Counted from the first letter of the stretch, positions 13,701-27,089 are shown. The stretch is DNA of 64,000 nucleotides from Azolla caroliniana (GCA_043228905.1 JBHGNT010000005.1:22940001-23004000); one strand, 5' to 3'. The notes: a model not told the origin generated them from the letters alone. Numbers and translations are program-made.

Positions 13701-16257
13701 CGGTTCATCCTCTCGGCCAGCCCGTTCAGTTCCGGCGTCTTCGGCACAGTAAACTCGAGCCGGATTCCCATCGAACGGCAATACTCCTCAAATTGCCCTC
13801 GGTATTCTCCTCCGTTATCCGCTCGTATTGCTTTCAGCTTCTTGCCGGATTCCCTTTCCACTCTCGCGTGGAGTTCTTTGAAGACGCACAACACTTGGTC
13901 CTTTGTCTTCAACGGTGCCGTCCACAGCTTCCGGCTGTGGTCATCAATGAATGTCACGAAGTACTGGGCTCCGCCATGTGACTTCGTTTCTACTTGACAC
14001 ACGTCAGTGTGCACCAACTCTAATGGTGCGCTACGTCTCATCGGTGGCCTTGAGTGGAAGGAGGTTCGGTTCTGTTTACCGGCCAGGCAATCGGTGCACT
14101 TCTCCAGGTGCACATGCTTCACTGGAATAAGGTTGTCTTCTGCAAGCCTCTTCATCCCCTTCTCACTCATGTGGCACAGTCTCTTGTGCCACAGCTCACC
14201 GGCAGTGTCAGCTGCCACGTTCAGCTCCTCCGGACATAGCCGGGAATTCATCAGGTACAGTGTGTTGACTTTCCGGGCCCGAGCCACTATCAGGCTCCCT
14301 TTGCTGAACTTCATGACACCGTTCCGGATGCTACCCGTGTAGCCTTCATCGTCTAGCCTCCCGGCCGAAATCAGGTTCAATCGAACCTCCGGAACATGTC
14401 GTACATCTTTCAGCAGCATCTTGCATCCGGTTGATGTCATCAGCCACACGTCTCCTATGCCGGCAATCCGGCATGTACCTTCATTTCCCATCCGGACACA
14501 GCCGTGCTCACCAGCTGTGTAGGATGAGAAGTATTTCTTCTCCGGGGTCAGGTGGAACGACGCTCCGGAATCGACCACCCAGGTCATCTCTTCACCGGCA
14601 AGGTTCAACTCCCTCTCTTCGGTAATGAGCATTATCTCTTCTTCACTTGCCGCGAGTGCCGTCGTTCCTTTCCGGTCCTGCCCTCGCCGATCCGGACCTC
14701 TCCGGTCCGTGGCTCCCCGGTATGCACCGTTTTGCTCCGGTGACTTCTTCGAATCGGTACCGTCGGTGGCTCCATTGTCTTTTCGGTAATGCCGACAATT
14801 CTTTCGGAAGTGCCCCGGCTTCCCACAGTGAAAGCATGTGGGCCTTCCTCTTGACTGCGACCGGGTCCCCGACTTCTCCCGTCTTTGCGGACTCTGGTTC
14901 CGTTGTCTTCCCCGATCCGATTCGGCAAGCAGCATCTTCGGATCGGAGGCCGGTTCTTTATCTCTCCGACGCGCTTCTTCGTTCAAAATACTTGTCTTTA
15001 CCGTTTGTAGGGACAAGTTATCTTCGGTGCAGGAGGTGCTGAGAGTCACCACCAAGTTCTCCCAGCTTTCCGGCAATGTACACATCAGAATGATGGCTTG
15101 CATTGCATCCTCCAACGGGAACTTGATCGCCGCAAGCTGGTTCACGAATCCCATGAACGTGCTCACGTGTTCTACCATACTCTCGCCGTCCCGGTACTTG
15201 AGGTTCACTATCTTCCTCATCAAGGAGGTCCGGTTCAACGCATTCTTCCTCTCGTAGAGGCCCGACAGCTTCCGCCACATCTCATATGCGTTGGTGTCGT
15301 TCGCCACATGTTGTAGAACGCTCACGTCGACGTATTGCCGAATGGTTGCAACGGCTTTCCGGTTCAGAAGCCTCCATTCCGTCTCAAGTACCCCCTTGGG
15401 TATTTCCGACCTGTCGATCGGTTCATACAGGTCCCGAACAATGAGCAGGTCCTCCATCTTTATCTTCTAGTCGGCGTAGTTCTGCGCATTCAGCACCATC
15501 ATCCCCGGCTGCCCGCTGCTGCCGCCTTCCATTGTCTGCACTGCGGTCGCTCTGATACCAGATTGTTGAGGAATCGACGGTTTCAAAACCCTTCGTCGCT
15601 CGGCCACAACCGAGGAAACACGAGTCAGTGCAGTAGTAAAACCAAAAAAAACAGAGAGAAACTCGACTACACAGGGTTTAGCGTGGAAAGCCCTAGACGG
15701 GAAAAACCACGGGAGTGCAAGACTCCAACTATCACTATACGCAGGGAATGTACAATGGCGAGCTGCAAGGCAACGACCTTGAGCTCGCTGTCCTCGCCAC
15801 AGGCGGCGGTATTACACAGAGGCGTCGACCTCTTCCTTTCTCTCTCTCTCTCTCCGGCTGTTCTCACTTCGCTCCCTCTAAGTGGAAAACAGAAAAATGA
15901 GCAACAAACAACACACAACAAAACTGTTTGCCCTAAGTCATATTTATACACATATGACTTTCGGGCTATTTACAAATATAGCCTCAAGGGCCCTTGGCAA
16001 ACATATTCACAAATATGTCCCCGCATCCGGATCTCTCTCCGGGTACATTCGTCATCCGGTTCCGGAGCCAGGGTCTTCATCATCCGGATCCGGAACCGGG
16101 TCTTCATCATCCGGCTCCGTAGCCGGGGGCTTCATCCGGCTTCATGCCGGGTACTCTTCATCCGGCTTCATGCCGGGTACTCTGGTTCCGTAACCGTAAC
16201 CGGGCTTGCCGTCATTCATTTCTGGACATCCCATCCGGAGGGACCGAAATCCCAACA
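10781..16257 (-). mobile_element. Young full-length Ty1/copia LTR retrotransposon (Tork/Tnt1-like) nested in the gypsy RT
   Basis: LTRs 10781-11448 and 15564-16257 nearly identical; TSD GATCT (10776-10780, 16258-16262); PBS-Met TGGTATCAGAGC 15549-15560; PPT next to 11449. Confidence 0.97.
11459..15532 (-). pseudogene. copia gag-pol polyprotein, single frame with three in-frame stops
   Basis: CFHCGKPGHFRKNC, WVVDSGAS, LWHKRLCH...CTDC, IRADNGGEY, LYVDDML, FTDSD; TAG stops near 15468, 13268 and 12188. Confidence 0.93.
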
Positions 16258-16769
16258 GATCTTTGGTTGCCCGAATGCGAATTTCTCTCCCGAAAATGTC
16301 AAATTTGCGTCTTCGAGCCTTTGGAGCACCTTCTCGCAGTCTTTCATATGATCCGCGACGAACTTTCTACACCCTTCCTTATCTCTTGATTCATTCTTCT
16401 CTTCATCCGAACATCCTTTTATTGGAATATCATCCAAGAATGGCATGGTGATGTCCGGGATGCAATCCTTCAAGACGTTGTTCATGGCATTCACCATATA
16501 AGCCACCGAGTTCGTTGCACCTTGAGGTAAGGTACACATCTGCACGAGCCCGATCGGAGTCCTCATGGTTGTAATGTCACGACTATCGATCGCTAATTGG
16601 AATTGGTCATATCCGGAGTAGAGATCACCAATGGAGTAGATGGACCGGCCCGCAAACGCCTCGGCAAATTCGTCCATGCTTGGACCGATTCCAACATTTC
16701 GAATTGTCACTTGTTGACGGGTTGAAGATCTTGGATGAATTGCAATGATCCATTCTTCTTCGGCATTGT
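16258..16769 (-). pseudogene. pol: gypsy RT core of the 7568-28095 element
   Basis: SIGDLYSGYDQF, LPQGATNS, MPFLDDIPIKG. Confidence 0.88.
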
Positions 16770-17898
16770 TGTCGTGTGGCACATGACACATGTGCCAAAC
16801 GTCGTGATGTGCGCGTCACAAGCGCGGACAAGCACCAAGCCTCTATCCGCTAGTGGTTATGGAGGATTGATGATGGGATCGTTCAAGATAACGGAACCGC
16901 GGAAGGACTAGCGCAAGCAACGAAACGACGGAAGGACTAGCGCAAGCGAGAAGTATTAAAGATAAATTGATAGATAGATACAAGTGGGAATTCCTATTCC
17001 TGGTTTGAACCTTTGACTTCAAATTTGAGATAGAAGACACCTTGCCAACGAGATAACTAGAACTTATTAATTATTATTGATTGCATACATTATCTCCCCT
17101 CTCTTTCTCTTTCTCTCCTTCTTATATAGATGCCCCCATGTGTATGTGCATGTGAGGGTGTAGTACATACATACAATGCTTGAGATGCATGATCGCCATT
17201 TGGCGCTCATGCATCACATGTGATGCATGATGACCATGTACCTTATCTAGGCTCTCATGTACAAACAATTTTGTGTGAAATGTACAATGAACAAAATTAA
17301 CTTTCAAATGAAACAACGTAGTCTAATGGTATGTCTATTGCCTCCTATCTTGGAGGTGTAAGGTTTAAAACCTTTACTTGCACCTCATTGTATGCGTTAG
17401 GCTTATTATATAAATGTGTGTAATGATCACCTAAACACACATCACACGTGCACATTAACCATCACCCCTTCCATACATGTGCATATTGCACCTTCTCGTT
17501 TTTCCTCGTTCCACGTTGTCGTAGTGTAATTCGCACACTACATGAAAAACTTATAAAGTAACGTTTTAGTAAATATGAAGAAATAGAAGAAAATGTCAAA
17601 ATAAATAATACATGCGTAGGGCAAGATTCAAACCTTGCACCTCCATGTTAATAATGTGAAACCTTACCATTACACTAGCATTTCATTAGTGTTAAAAAAT
17701 AGATGTCCCACATAGAAAGGTAAGTTCACGTAGGATAAACTTTAGTTAAAAGAAAAACGCATGCTAAATGAAAAAGCTATGCATGCACATCTAGAGTGCA
17801 TGAACGCTATAGTCGATAAAAAACGCACAAGTTAGAAAAAGCATGATCACTTTAGATAAAGCATATAGTCTATCTATAGGAAAAGCATGGAGTCTATA

Positions 17899-20877
17899 CA
17901 GTAGACATTCGGTTAAGTGCGTGTCCACTTAAGTAAACCATTCTATTAAGTGCGCTTTTTTTAGAGGTCAAAATCCAGATCAAAAAAATTCCATTATTTC
18001 AAGATGAAATTACATCAGACCAAATAGAAAATTGTTCCAAACATTTAGAAAACAACAAAATGATCAACAAAAATATGATTTTCAGTCTTAAATCTCTACT
18101 TCATACCAAAATCACGTAAGGTCATTTGCCTACTTTTAACGATACGCTTAGAAACAATGGCAGAATTTGTTTCTTGAATGATTCGACGAGCACTTGATAA
18201 AGCTGATTGTACTTGCTTTGCTTTTTCGGAACTCAAGTAAGTTGTTGTTGTGATTGAATTTAGCTTGAGTTCACAATCAACAATATCTTTCAAGAGTTCA
18301 GAAATAATCACATCTTCTTCCTTTAAGCATCCATGCATGTCTTGAATCTCAACAAACTCAGAATCTGAATTGTTTTCATCATATGCAAGTGGTTCATTGG
18401 CATTAGAAGCTTGTGTTATAACTTCATCAATCTCTTCAAGGAGATTTTGATTAAGTTTTTCTGATTCATTTGAATCTGCATTTACACATTCCATGATCTC
18501 ATCTCGAATTTCTTCTACATGTGCATTTTCAAGCAAATTGCAATTACATAGCAAAGCAACAAGATCATCAATGCATTGATCTTCCATTTCACCGTCTTCT
18601 AAATCAACATCATTAGCACGAAATGATGGAACAATATCTGCCTTTCTATAGCAATTAAAAATTTTCTCTTGCTTGATCTCATTCCAAGCAGTAACAATGA
18701 GATTCGCGGCATCTAGCAAATGTGGCGACTTTCCAAAAGCTAAACCAATAGAGCCTCTTCTCATACGTTTAGCGACATCTTCCAAACGAATCTTAACACA
18801 ATCTGGACTATCATGATATGCCAAGATTTCTCTTATCAAATGATATTTATACCTCTTTTTCAAAGCTGCAATGATTCCCATATCCATCGGTTGCTTCCAA
18901 GATGTGACATTTGCCGGGAAAAAAATCACTTTGATAGCATCACGTTCAAATGCTTCGGCATGACCAGGTGCATTATCAAGGATTAAAAGCACTTTTCGAT
19001 TAGTTCGAGAACGAACAAATGGCACAAACACTTGATCAAACCACTTATTAAAGCAAGGGATATCAATCCAAGCATTTCTTTGCGCTACATAAGGCAATGG
19101 CCATGAATTTCCAACAATACAAGCTGGTTCCTTAGCTTTTCCAATCATAGTAATTGGAACTTTTTCAGTTCCAGTTGCATTACAACAAACAACTAAGGTA
19201 ACTCTATCTAACAATTTTTTCTTACCTCGAATTGTTGTCGGATCTTCACTAGGCAAAAGCACTATGTATTGTGGAGCTAATCGAAAAAACAAACCAGTTT
19301 CATCCATATTGTAAACATTGTTAGGATCATACTCATTGACTATACCATAAAGCCTTTCCAAAGAAGCCAACAATTCAGGGTCATTTCGATCAACTGCCCC
19401 TCCTTCACCATATAAATTAATAGTATTCAAACATTGACGATGACAAAATTTCCTAAACTAGCCCCAAGTTGCTTTGAAGTCATCATCTGAAATATTCATT
19501 TCTGATGCCAATCGTCGAGCCTTCTCCATAATAACGGATGGAGGCAATACAATTGACAATCGACGAGAGGCATCAATCCAAGCATACAAGCGTTCCTCTA
19601 ATTCAGGATATTTTCCTTTTGATCCTCTAAAAGTTTTTTTTCTTGCATTGTGATCTTTTTGTTGAGCACGCAATCGTATCTCATCTTTCTTCTTGATCAA
19701 ACTTCTAATAGCGGATTCACTTACACCAAATTGTCTACCTATGTTACGAAGAGAAGGAGATGATGGTTGTTCCACTAAATCTAAAATTTGTAGCCTTTGT
19801 TCATCATTCAAACGAAGTCCAGCACCTCGCTTATGGGTTAAATTCATCTCTGAAATATGCAATGCTAATTAGCTAAATTCACCTAAATATTTCGTCCCCT
19901 ACCAATCAAGTTTAGATGTACAAAACCTTTTAAAGGTTTAAACTCTTTGACATTTAATGCATACAACCTTATTGAAGTCACAAATAACTTAAAATTCATA
20001 GACAAATGAATTGGGTCTTCTCCAATTAAGTTGGAGTATTATACATCAAGGAGGCACACATGTTAGGATGTGGATACAATCTTGATCTAATGGTTTGCTT
20101 TGGAGAAAAACTAATGTTATGAAATGCATCATGAATTGAACTTAGATGTTCCAATGCTACCATTAAATAGATTGTGCATGGGTCTATTAGGAGAAAGCTA
20201 ATAAGCCATTAATTGATTAATCGATTAATCGATTAATAGCTTATTATGTGGACTAACATGATGGGAAAGCTATTAATCAATTAATCGATTAATAGCTTAT
20301 GGACATTTTCCAAACAAATGTCTACTTATGGATATTTTTCTTACTCTATTTCAGCCATCAATCAAATTTTGTGGATTCAAAACCCTACTTATAGATATTT
20401 TCTTACCCTATTTCAGCCAAATATGTGGATTATTTCTCCTAAACCACATGCCATTTCAGCCACAATAAAGTATGTGGATATCAAACTAAAGAAATTGTGC
20501 ATAATTTCTAAATAATTAACACATTACCATCTAAATTGTTCACAAATTTAGAAGCTCTCTTTTCTTCCTTCTCTCATATTCATTCAAAAGAAAAAAAGAA
20601 AGAGACACAAAAAACAGACAGGAAAGAAAATACATACCGGAATATGAATTTAGGAGCAAGACCGTGGATTGGAGTAGCACTAGGAGCACCAATGGGCTGA
20701 TTATGGAAGAAGAGAGGGTCTCTGTGATGGTTGCTTGGGCTGCACTTTCTACTAAAGAGAATAGAGGGAAAAAATTGGGGGAATTTTTTTTTGACTTAAA
20801 AGCCCTAAGTGCGCGGCTCGGTTAAGTGCGCATTTCTTCCTTACGTTCAAAGTGCGCACTTAACCGAATGTCTACTG
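17899..20877 (-). mobile_element. pogo/Tigger-like Tc1-mariner DNA transposon, 2979 bp
   Basis: Perfect 23-bp TIRs CAGTAGACATTCGGTTAAGTGCG; TA target duplication; subterminal TAAGTGCGC repeats. Confidence 0.95.
18096..19847 (-). pseudogene. pogo-family DD30D transposase (CENP-B-type HTH plus DDE_1) with one premature stop
   Basis: LRNIGRQFGVSESAI, YPELEERLYAW, NMDETGLF, LILDNAPGH, QPMDMGII; ORFs 19458-19862 and 18096-19430 are in frame across a TAG at 19458-19460. Confidence 0.9.
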
Positions 20878-21667
20878 TAGTTAGAAAAAAAAGCATGGAT
20901 TACTAAGACTCCCTCATCACTACATAAGGATGGGGAGCACAATGTAAAAGGTGTGGATTATTTGGAAATTGGATATATTTCCTAAAACACCAATTAACAA
21001 ACTATATTCGTGGGATTCACGAAATAATCTATACTTGTGGGATTCACAAGTTCTTTTTAATCTCTTTCTTTAAATCTAAATACATGTTACTATCTAAATA
21101 TTGATTAAATACACTAAACTTGTGGGATTCACGAGATTCATAACTTACCTATCTTTCTAATAATCTATCCATAACCAGAAACTTGTCTCAAATTCTTCCT
21201 CCTCCTAGTCCAAAACCCCAGTGGTTCCCACCCGACTCACGCAACGATCTGGCACCAAAAGGCACAACAACGTGATTTTCACACCGTTGCCGAAAATCTT
21301 CACGACATCCACCCCCGCCAAATCGCACGTCCTCCGGTACGTGCCAAGAAGAGAATGTGAGATTTCGGCTACAGTGTGAGATTCCTCCATGTCCTCGTTC
21401 ACCTCGCTCATGTTTGTGGGTTTCGCCTTACTATCTTCATTGTTGAGATCATCGAGTTCGGGACCCTCACCTTGTCTTTTCTTGAAGATCTTTAGTCTTT
21501 TTCCCGCAATCGGTATGGCCAGCCTTGATCCGTCTAGCTCCACATATGATCCGAACCACCTTCTTGCAAACTTTCTTGTCGTCTTATGTTGGTTGTCAAA
21601 GCTATTGTTGCAGACCAATACCCAACCTTCTTCTTCGATCTTCTTGGGGTGTTGACGATGTGTCTTC

Positions 21668-23728
21668 TCAAAACAAAGCTAAAAACTGGGTGCTTCTTCT
21701 AATTAGCCAATCCTTTTCTTTGAGATGGGAGATAGAAATGTTGGCAATACAACCTCCTCTGTTTAGTTGAACATCCCACCATCTTGATGCATCTTTTCCT
21801 TCCTTCTTGTGTGTTGTCTTTATAATCACTTCTTTCCTTTCTTCTTTACAAGTAATAACCATCCATTTTACCACAACCTCATCTTCTTCAATAACAACCT
21901 GATTGTTAGATATACTTACATCATCATTATAATAATCCTTTGAGTTAACGACATCTTTGATCACTGAATCTTTTTTTACAAGATAAGCATCATATTCAAT
22001 ATCATCTACCCTAAAATTATCCTTCCCAAACACACTCACAACAGTAACATTATCGTTATACATATCCCAAACCATCATAACATTTTCTAGATTATCCTCA
22101 ATATTATCAACCTTAATCCCATCCTTCCCACACATGCTCATAACATCAACATCATCATTATACACATCCTACCTAGATAACATTTCCTAGATTTTCCTTG
22201 CTTATACCCGTGTGATCATTATGTAACCCCACATCCACATGGACATATTTTTGTAGAACATCCTCATCATCACAAGTACCTATTCTATTTTCATAATGGA
22301 TATCCTCATGAATGTCACCATTTGATCTAGTGAAACTCTTATAAAATCTATCACGAAGAAAACCAAGGCAACCTAAAACACATGATTTCTCTTCGTCACT
22401 CTCACCCTCATCATTACCCCTATCATAACCATATCCATAGAAAGTGCACAACTTTCTATCATCATAACCCTCATTCTTCTCATGGCACTCACTCACCATC
22501 AATAATGCATTCTCCCTTACTATCATTAAGCCCTAAATCGTGTGTTTCATTTCTATCATCACCGTCATCACATTTAAATGTAAAGTTTTCATCTTTTTCT
22601 AACTCCTCTTGTTTGTGGCTCTTATTAAACCTATCATACTTGTCATCAAAATTTAAACCATGAGAGTTTTGATCCCAAACTTTCTCACCATCATGGCTTC
22701 CGTCGAGTGCTTTTTTATTAGCACAACCATGAAGAGCTCGACATTTATTTCTCCTCTTGTGTTTATAGTAATCTTTGTCACGATCATAACTTTGTAGATC
22801 TGGAGCACTCTTTGTGAGTTTGTAATGATCTTTGTCTTTGTCATAATCGTGTAGATTTTGATCTTTCTCTTCAAGCCCACGTTCTTTGTTTGATGTCTCT
22901 TCACGATTGCATCCCCGAGTATCTTGGTCTTTCCCCTTGAGCCCACATTCTTCATCACATGTCTCTTCACGACTGCATCCTTGAGTATCTTGGTCTTTCC
23001 CCTCGAATGTATGTTCTTCGTTCCATGTCTCTTTGTGATCACATCCTTCTTCAGTGCATATCTCTCTTCTCTTGCGTTTGCAATGATCTTCATGATGACA
23101 ATCATAATCTCTCCCTTCAAGATTGCGTTCTTTGTCACATGTTTCTCATTTGTCGAGTTTGCAATGATCCTCGTAACGACCATAGGCATGTCAATCTCAA
23201 TCTCTCTCTTCGAAACCTTCTTCTTCATTGAATGCCTCTTCACGATCACTGTGAACATATATCCATGTCTCTTGTCAAGCCCATGTTCTTCGCCGCGTCT
23301 CTCTTCACAACCGCATCCTTGAATATCTTGATCTTTTCTTACAAGCCCACATTCTTCACTGAATGTCTCTTCATGACAGTAATCATGAATATCTCGATCA
23401 TCTTCATCTTCATCATTGTTGAGAAGCCCATGAAAAGGTTATCTTCATTTTCATCATTGTTGAGAAGCCCATGAAAAGGTTGAGGTTCGAATCTGGACGT
23501 CATAATTGCTTCATACCAATCCGGAACTTCTTGATATAATCTTTCAGCTTGCCTTGCCAACTTGAGATAATCCATTGCTCTATCCTTATCATCCTGCAAC
23601 ATCATTTCAATGGCCTTCCTTATAAATGGAAGCATTATCAGTCTCAGCCTACCTTCTCTTCTTATAGACTCTTCTAAGTCATAAGCATCCAAGACCGCAT
23701 CCATCATTCGTGATGCCTCCATTACCAC
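21668..23728 (-). pseudogene. Degenerate charged, repeat-rich ORF of the non-autonomous element
   Basis: Begins just after the PBS; D/E/K/R-rich fragments with imperfect ~57-60 bp and ~84 bp repeats; no recognisable gag or pol motifs. Confidence 0.45.
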
Positions 23729-24510
23729 CTTGTGTTTTTCATGTCAGGTTCACCAAATTGATGTCGTGTGGCGCATGACACACGTGCCAAACGTCGTGAT
23801 GTGCGCGTCACAAGTGCGGACAAGCACCGGGCCTCTATCCGCTAGTGGTTATGGAGGATTGATGATGGGATTGTTCAAGATAACGGAACCGCGGAAGGAC
23901 TAGTGCAAGCGAGAAGTATTAAAGATAAATTGATAGATAGATACAAGTGGGAATTCCTATTCCCGGTTTGAACCTTTGACTTCAAATTTGAGATAGAAGA
24001 CACCTTGCCAACGAGATAACTAGAACTTATTAATTATTATTGATTGCATACATTATCTCCCCTTTATTTCTCTTTCTCTCCTTCTTATATAGATGCCCCC
24101 ATGCATATGTGCATGTGAGGGTGTAGTACATACATACAATGCATGAGATGCATGATCGCCATTTGGCGCTCATGCATCACATGTGATGCATGATGACCAT
24201 GTACCTTATCTAGGCTCTCATGTACAAACAATTTTGTGTGAAATGTACAATGAACAAAATTAACTTTCAAATGAAACATAGTCTAATGGTATGTCTATTG
24301 CCTCCTATCTTGGAGGTGTAAGGTTCAAAACCTTTACTTGCACCTCATTGTATGCGTTAGGCTTATTATATATATATATGTAATGATCACCTAAACACAC
24401 ATCACACGTGCACATTAACCATCACCCCTTCCATACATGTGCATATTGCACCTTCTCGTTTTTCCTCGTTCCACGTGATTTTCACACCGTTGCCGAAAAT
24501 CTTCACAACA

Positions 24511-27040
24511 CCGTGAACCACCTATTAGAGTAAGGAGCATTCGACGGTTCTAGAATACCCATATTCACTTTCTCTTTTAAGAGCTCGATCAGGTTCGGAA
24601 GGTGCGCTCTTGGAATTGGTATCGGTTTCAAATTCTAAGGCACATGCGGCACCGTGAAGATCACCATCGGCTCTATAATCTTTGGGTTGGCACATCCGAT
24701 TTCTTGGGGAGAGAACGCGAAGGCTTTCCCATGCCTTTCAAGAATTTCACGAAACTTTCGCTCCTCTTCAGGGAGGAGGAAATCCTCGTTTCCAACTCGT
24801 AGCTTTCCCTTTGTCTCTTCGGTGAAGACATGAATTATTGCCTTCAGATCCCTTAAGCTTGGATCATTCACCACTTCCTTCATATTTTGCCAGCTATCTT
24901 CCGGTAGCGGAACCGCAACTGGCTTGATCTTCTTATCCACCGTTTTATATTTTGTGTTGACTTTAGCTTCCTCCATCAAGATGCCACGATGGTATTCATC
25001 GATGATAACGTACATGTTGATGGAGTTAACCGAAATCATGTGTTGATCATGAAGATAGCTCAAGTCCACGACGTCCTCGATTTTGCCGATGGTGTCGTTA
25101 AATGAGGCTTCTTCCATAATATGAGTCACGAACTCTTCTTCTTCTATTATGTTTTCTTCTTTCAGCATCTTCTCGAATTCTTGTATCCGACGCTTGTCCT
25201 TCTTGTCGGGTAGTACTAGTTTACATGTGCCACTAGGTGCGACACATGTTGCTTCTCCTCGCAATCCACACGCTCTTCTTTCTTGTGGGGACTTGTGATC
25301 GCTCAGACTATTTGTGCCCCATGCTTCAATAGTCTGCTCTAAAAATCTAAGGATTTGCCTCCAAGACTATCTCGATTTCTTTCATGATTAGCTCGCACCG
25401 TTAGGAATTGAACAGATCTTTGGTTGTCAAGACTCTTTATTGCCTCGCGAATCTTCCATCTGTGATTTGTATTGATTGGCCATCTTCCTTTTTTGTAGAA
25501 GTCGGTTGACATGAGGTTGATCTCTGAGCCGTGGTCGATCAAGGCTACCACGGTCTCTTTCTTCTCCCTGATCTTCATCGGCGTCTCCGTTGTCACTCGT
25601 GCCCAATGAGGTCGAGTATAGTGGTTGTTCACCATTTCTTCATCAACTTCGTCTCTTGCCATCGTTATGGCATTTGCTTTCGCTTTTAGTGGCTTCTCTT
25701 CTTCTTCGTCCGATTTTTGCCTTTTTCGCTTTACAAGGTCCACGATCGTGTCGTGGAACTCCTTTGTAATGCCGAGTAATTCCCTCAAGGACAAGGTCAC
25801 GTGGCTGTCAAGAACGCGTTCCTCAAGAATCTTCTTTAAGTCAGTTGTCTGCTCTATGTCCGACCTTAGCTTATAGGTAGGCATAGTCCTTGTCTTTCAA
25901 GCGGGGTCTTCAACACCAATCTTCACGGGCCGAACCGTTTCTTCGACTCGTTTGCTCGACTCCGCTTTTTGGCTAGTGTCTCCTTCCTCCATTTGTAAAG
26001 ATCGACTCGTTTCTGCATCTTCTTTCTTTTTTGCGTTCCTTGTTTCATGTCTTTTTGGTGGAACTTGCTCTTCTATTCTTTTTCTCTTTTCTTCGACGAA
26101 CACCTCGTGGTTGTCGCACATCACTTCCGCGAGTATGGTGTTGTCATCCACCGGATTCGACCACCCGGTTATGCTTTGCACGCTTCGGTCCGCAAGCTCA
26201 ACCTCGTTCGATGTGACCTTCCCCATCTTCTCATACTCGAGAACGGAAGACCAAAACTTTGCTCCCACTTTCGCAGCTTCATTTTTGTCTTTCCCGACTC
26301 TTATTCCGGCCGTTGTAGCATAGTGCATCGCATCCACATGAGTTGCCTCAGCATCTTCCATAGATTTCTTCATTCCCCCTCTTCCGAAATTCACCCCTAG
26401 GGGTCTTCGAATTTCAGTCGAGTAGATCATGTTATCATCTATGTATATGATATTTTGTCGGATCGCCTCTCAAAGGCTCGCACAATCCCTTCTCATGTGG
26501 TCCATGCTATTGCACCACACACATCTAAAGGGTTCTTTTCCTTTGGGGCCCCGATGATTCATGTTGGCTAGCGTGACCATCTCGAACTTCTTCGCTAGCT
26601 CTTCGATGATGTCGTCATCAATCTTCCTTTCTTCCGGGCTGCTTTGTTTGGGCGGCTCAACTACTTTCGGTTGTCTTGTTTTCTCCGCAACAGTCGATCC
26701 CGCCAAGTCGGTGTCATCAACCCACTGGCGACGCTTGTCGAGCCTATTTCATGCTCGCTTCACCGTAACCCAGTCCGCCACAAGCCCGTTCGCTTGGGTA
26801 TCATCTTCGAGGAGAGTACCCAATTCTCGTCTATCCTTCATGTCCACAGCTTTCAAGAAGTACAAAGTCTTGTCCTCTTCAAGCAGCACTTGGTCCGTGT
26901 TGGGGAGACGACTAAACATTTGGTCGAATTCATCGTACACCCTCAGGGCGCTCATCTTCTTATTTTTCTTCTGTATCCACTTCATCAGGGCATGTCGAGT
27001 CATTCTCGTTGAGTCATCTCCAAGTATCGGTCGATCCTCA
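24511..27040 (-). pseudogene. gag-pol: gag, protease and RT N-terminus of the 7568-28095 gypsy
   Basis: CVWCNSMDHMRRDC knuckle, VALIDHGSEINLM protease, EPSNAPYSNRWFT. Confidence 0.85.
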
Positions 27041-27089
27041 ATTTGATCCTTCCTGCCGCCTCTTTCACGTCAGGTTCACCACTTAATTA

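Larger units (their letters stand above)
17517..21269 (+). mobile_element. Solo LTR (TGTCGTAG...CACAACA) interrupted by a DNA transposon
   Basis: 4-bp TSD ACGT (17513-17516, 21270-21273); U5 end GTCCAAAACCCCAGTGGTTCC resembles U5 of the 7568 family. Confidence 0.8.
16770..24510 (-). mobile_element. Non-autonomous LTR element (PBS-Trp) nested in the gypsy RT
   Basis: LTRs 16770-17516 plus 21274-21307 (interrupted) and 23762-24510; PBS 23740-23755; PPT next to 21308; TSD TTGT/CCGT restoring host WFTVPKK; no RT or PR inside. Confidence 0.88.

Noticed and set aside
10780-16351. Many plus-strand ORFs (248, 235, 338 aa etc.) over the copia and its LTRs
   Set aside because: Antisense shadows of GC-rich coding and LTR sequence with no recognisable motifs; same for 61285-63887.
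18096-19847. Domesticated CENP-B/TIGD host gene
   Set aside because: Flanked by perfect TIRs and a TA TSD, inserted in an LTR, and carries a stop.
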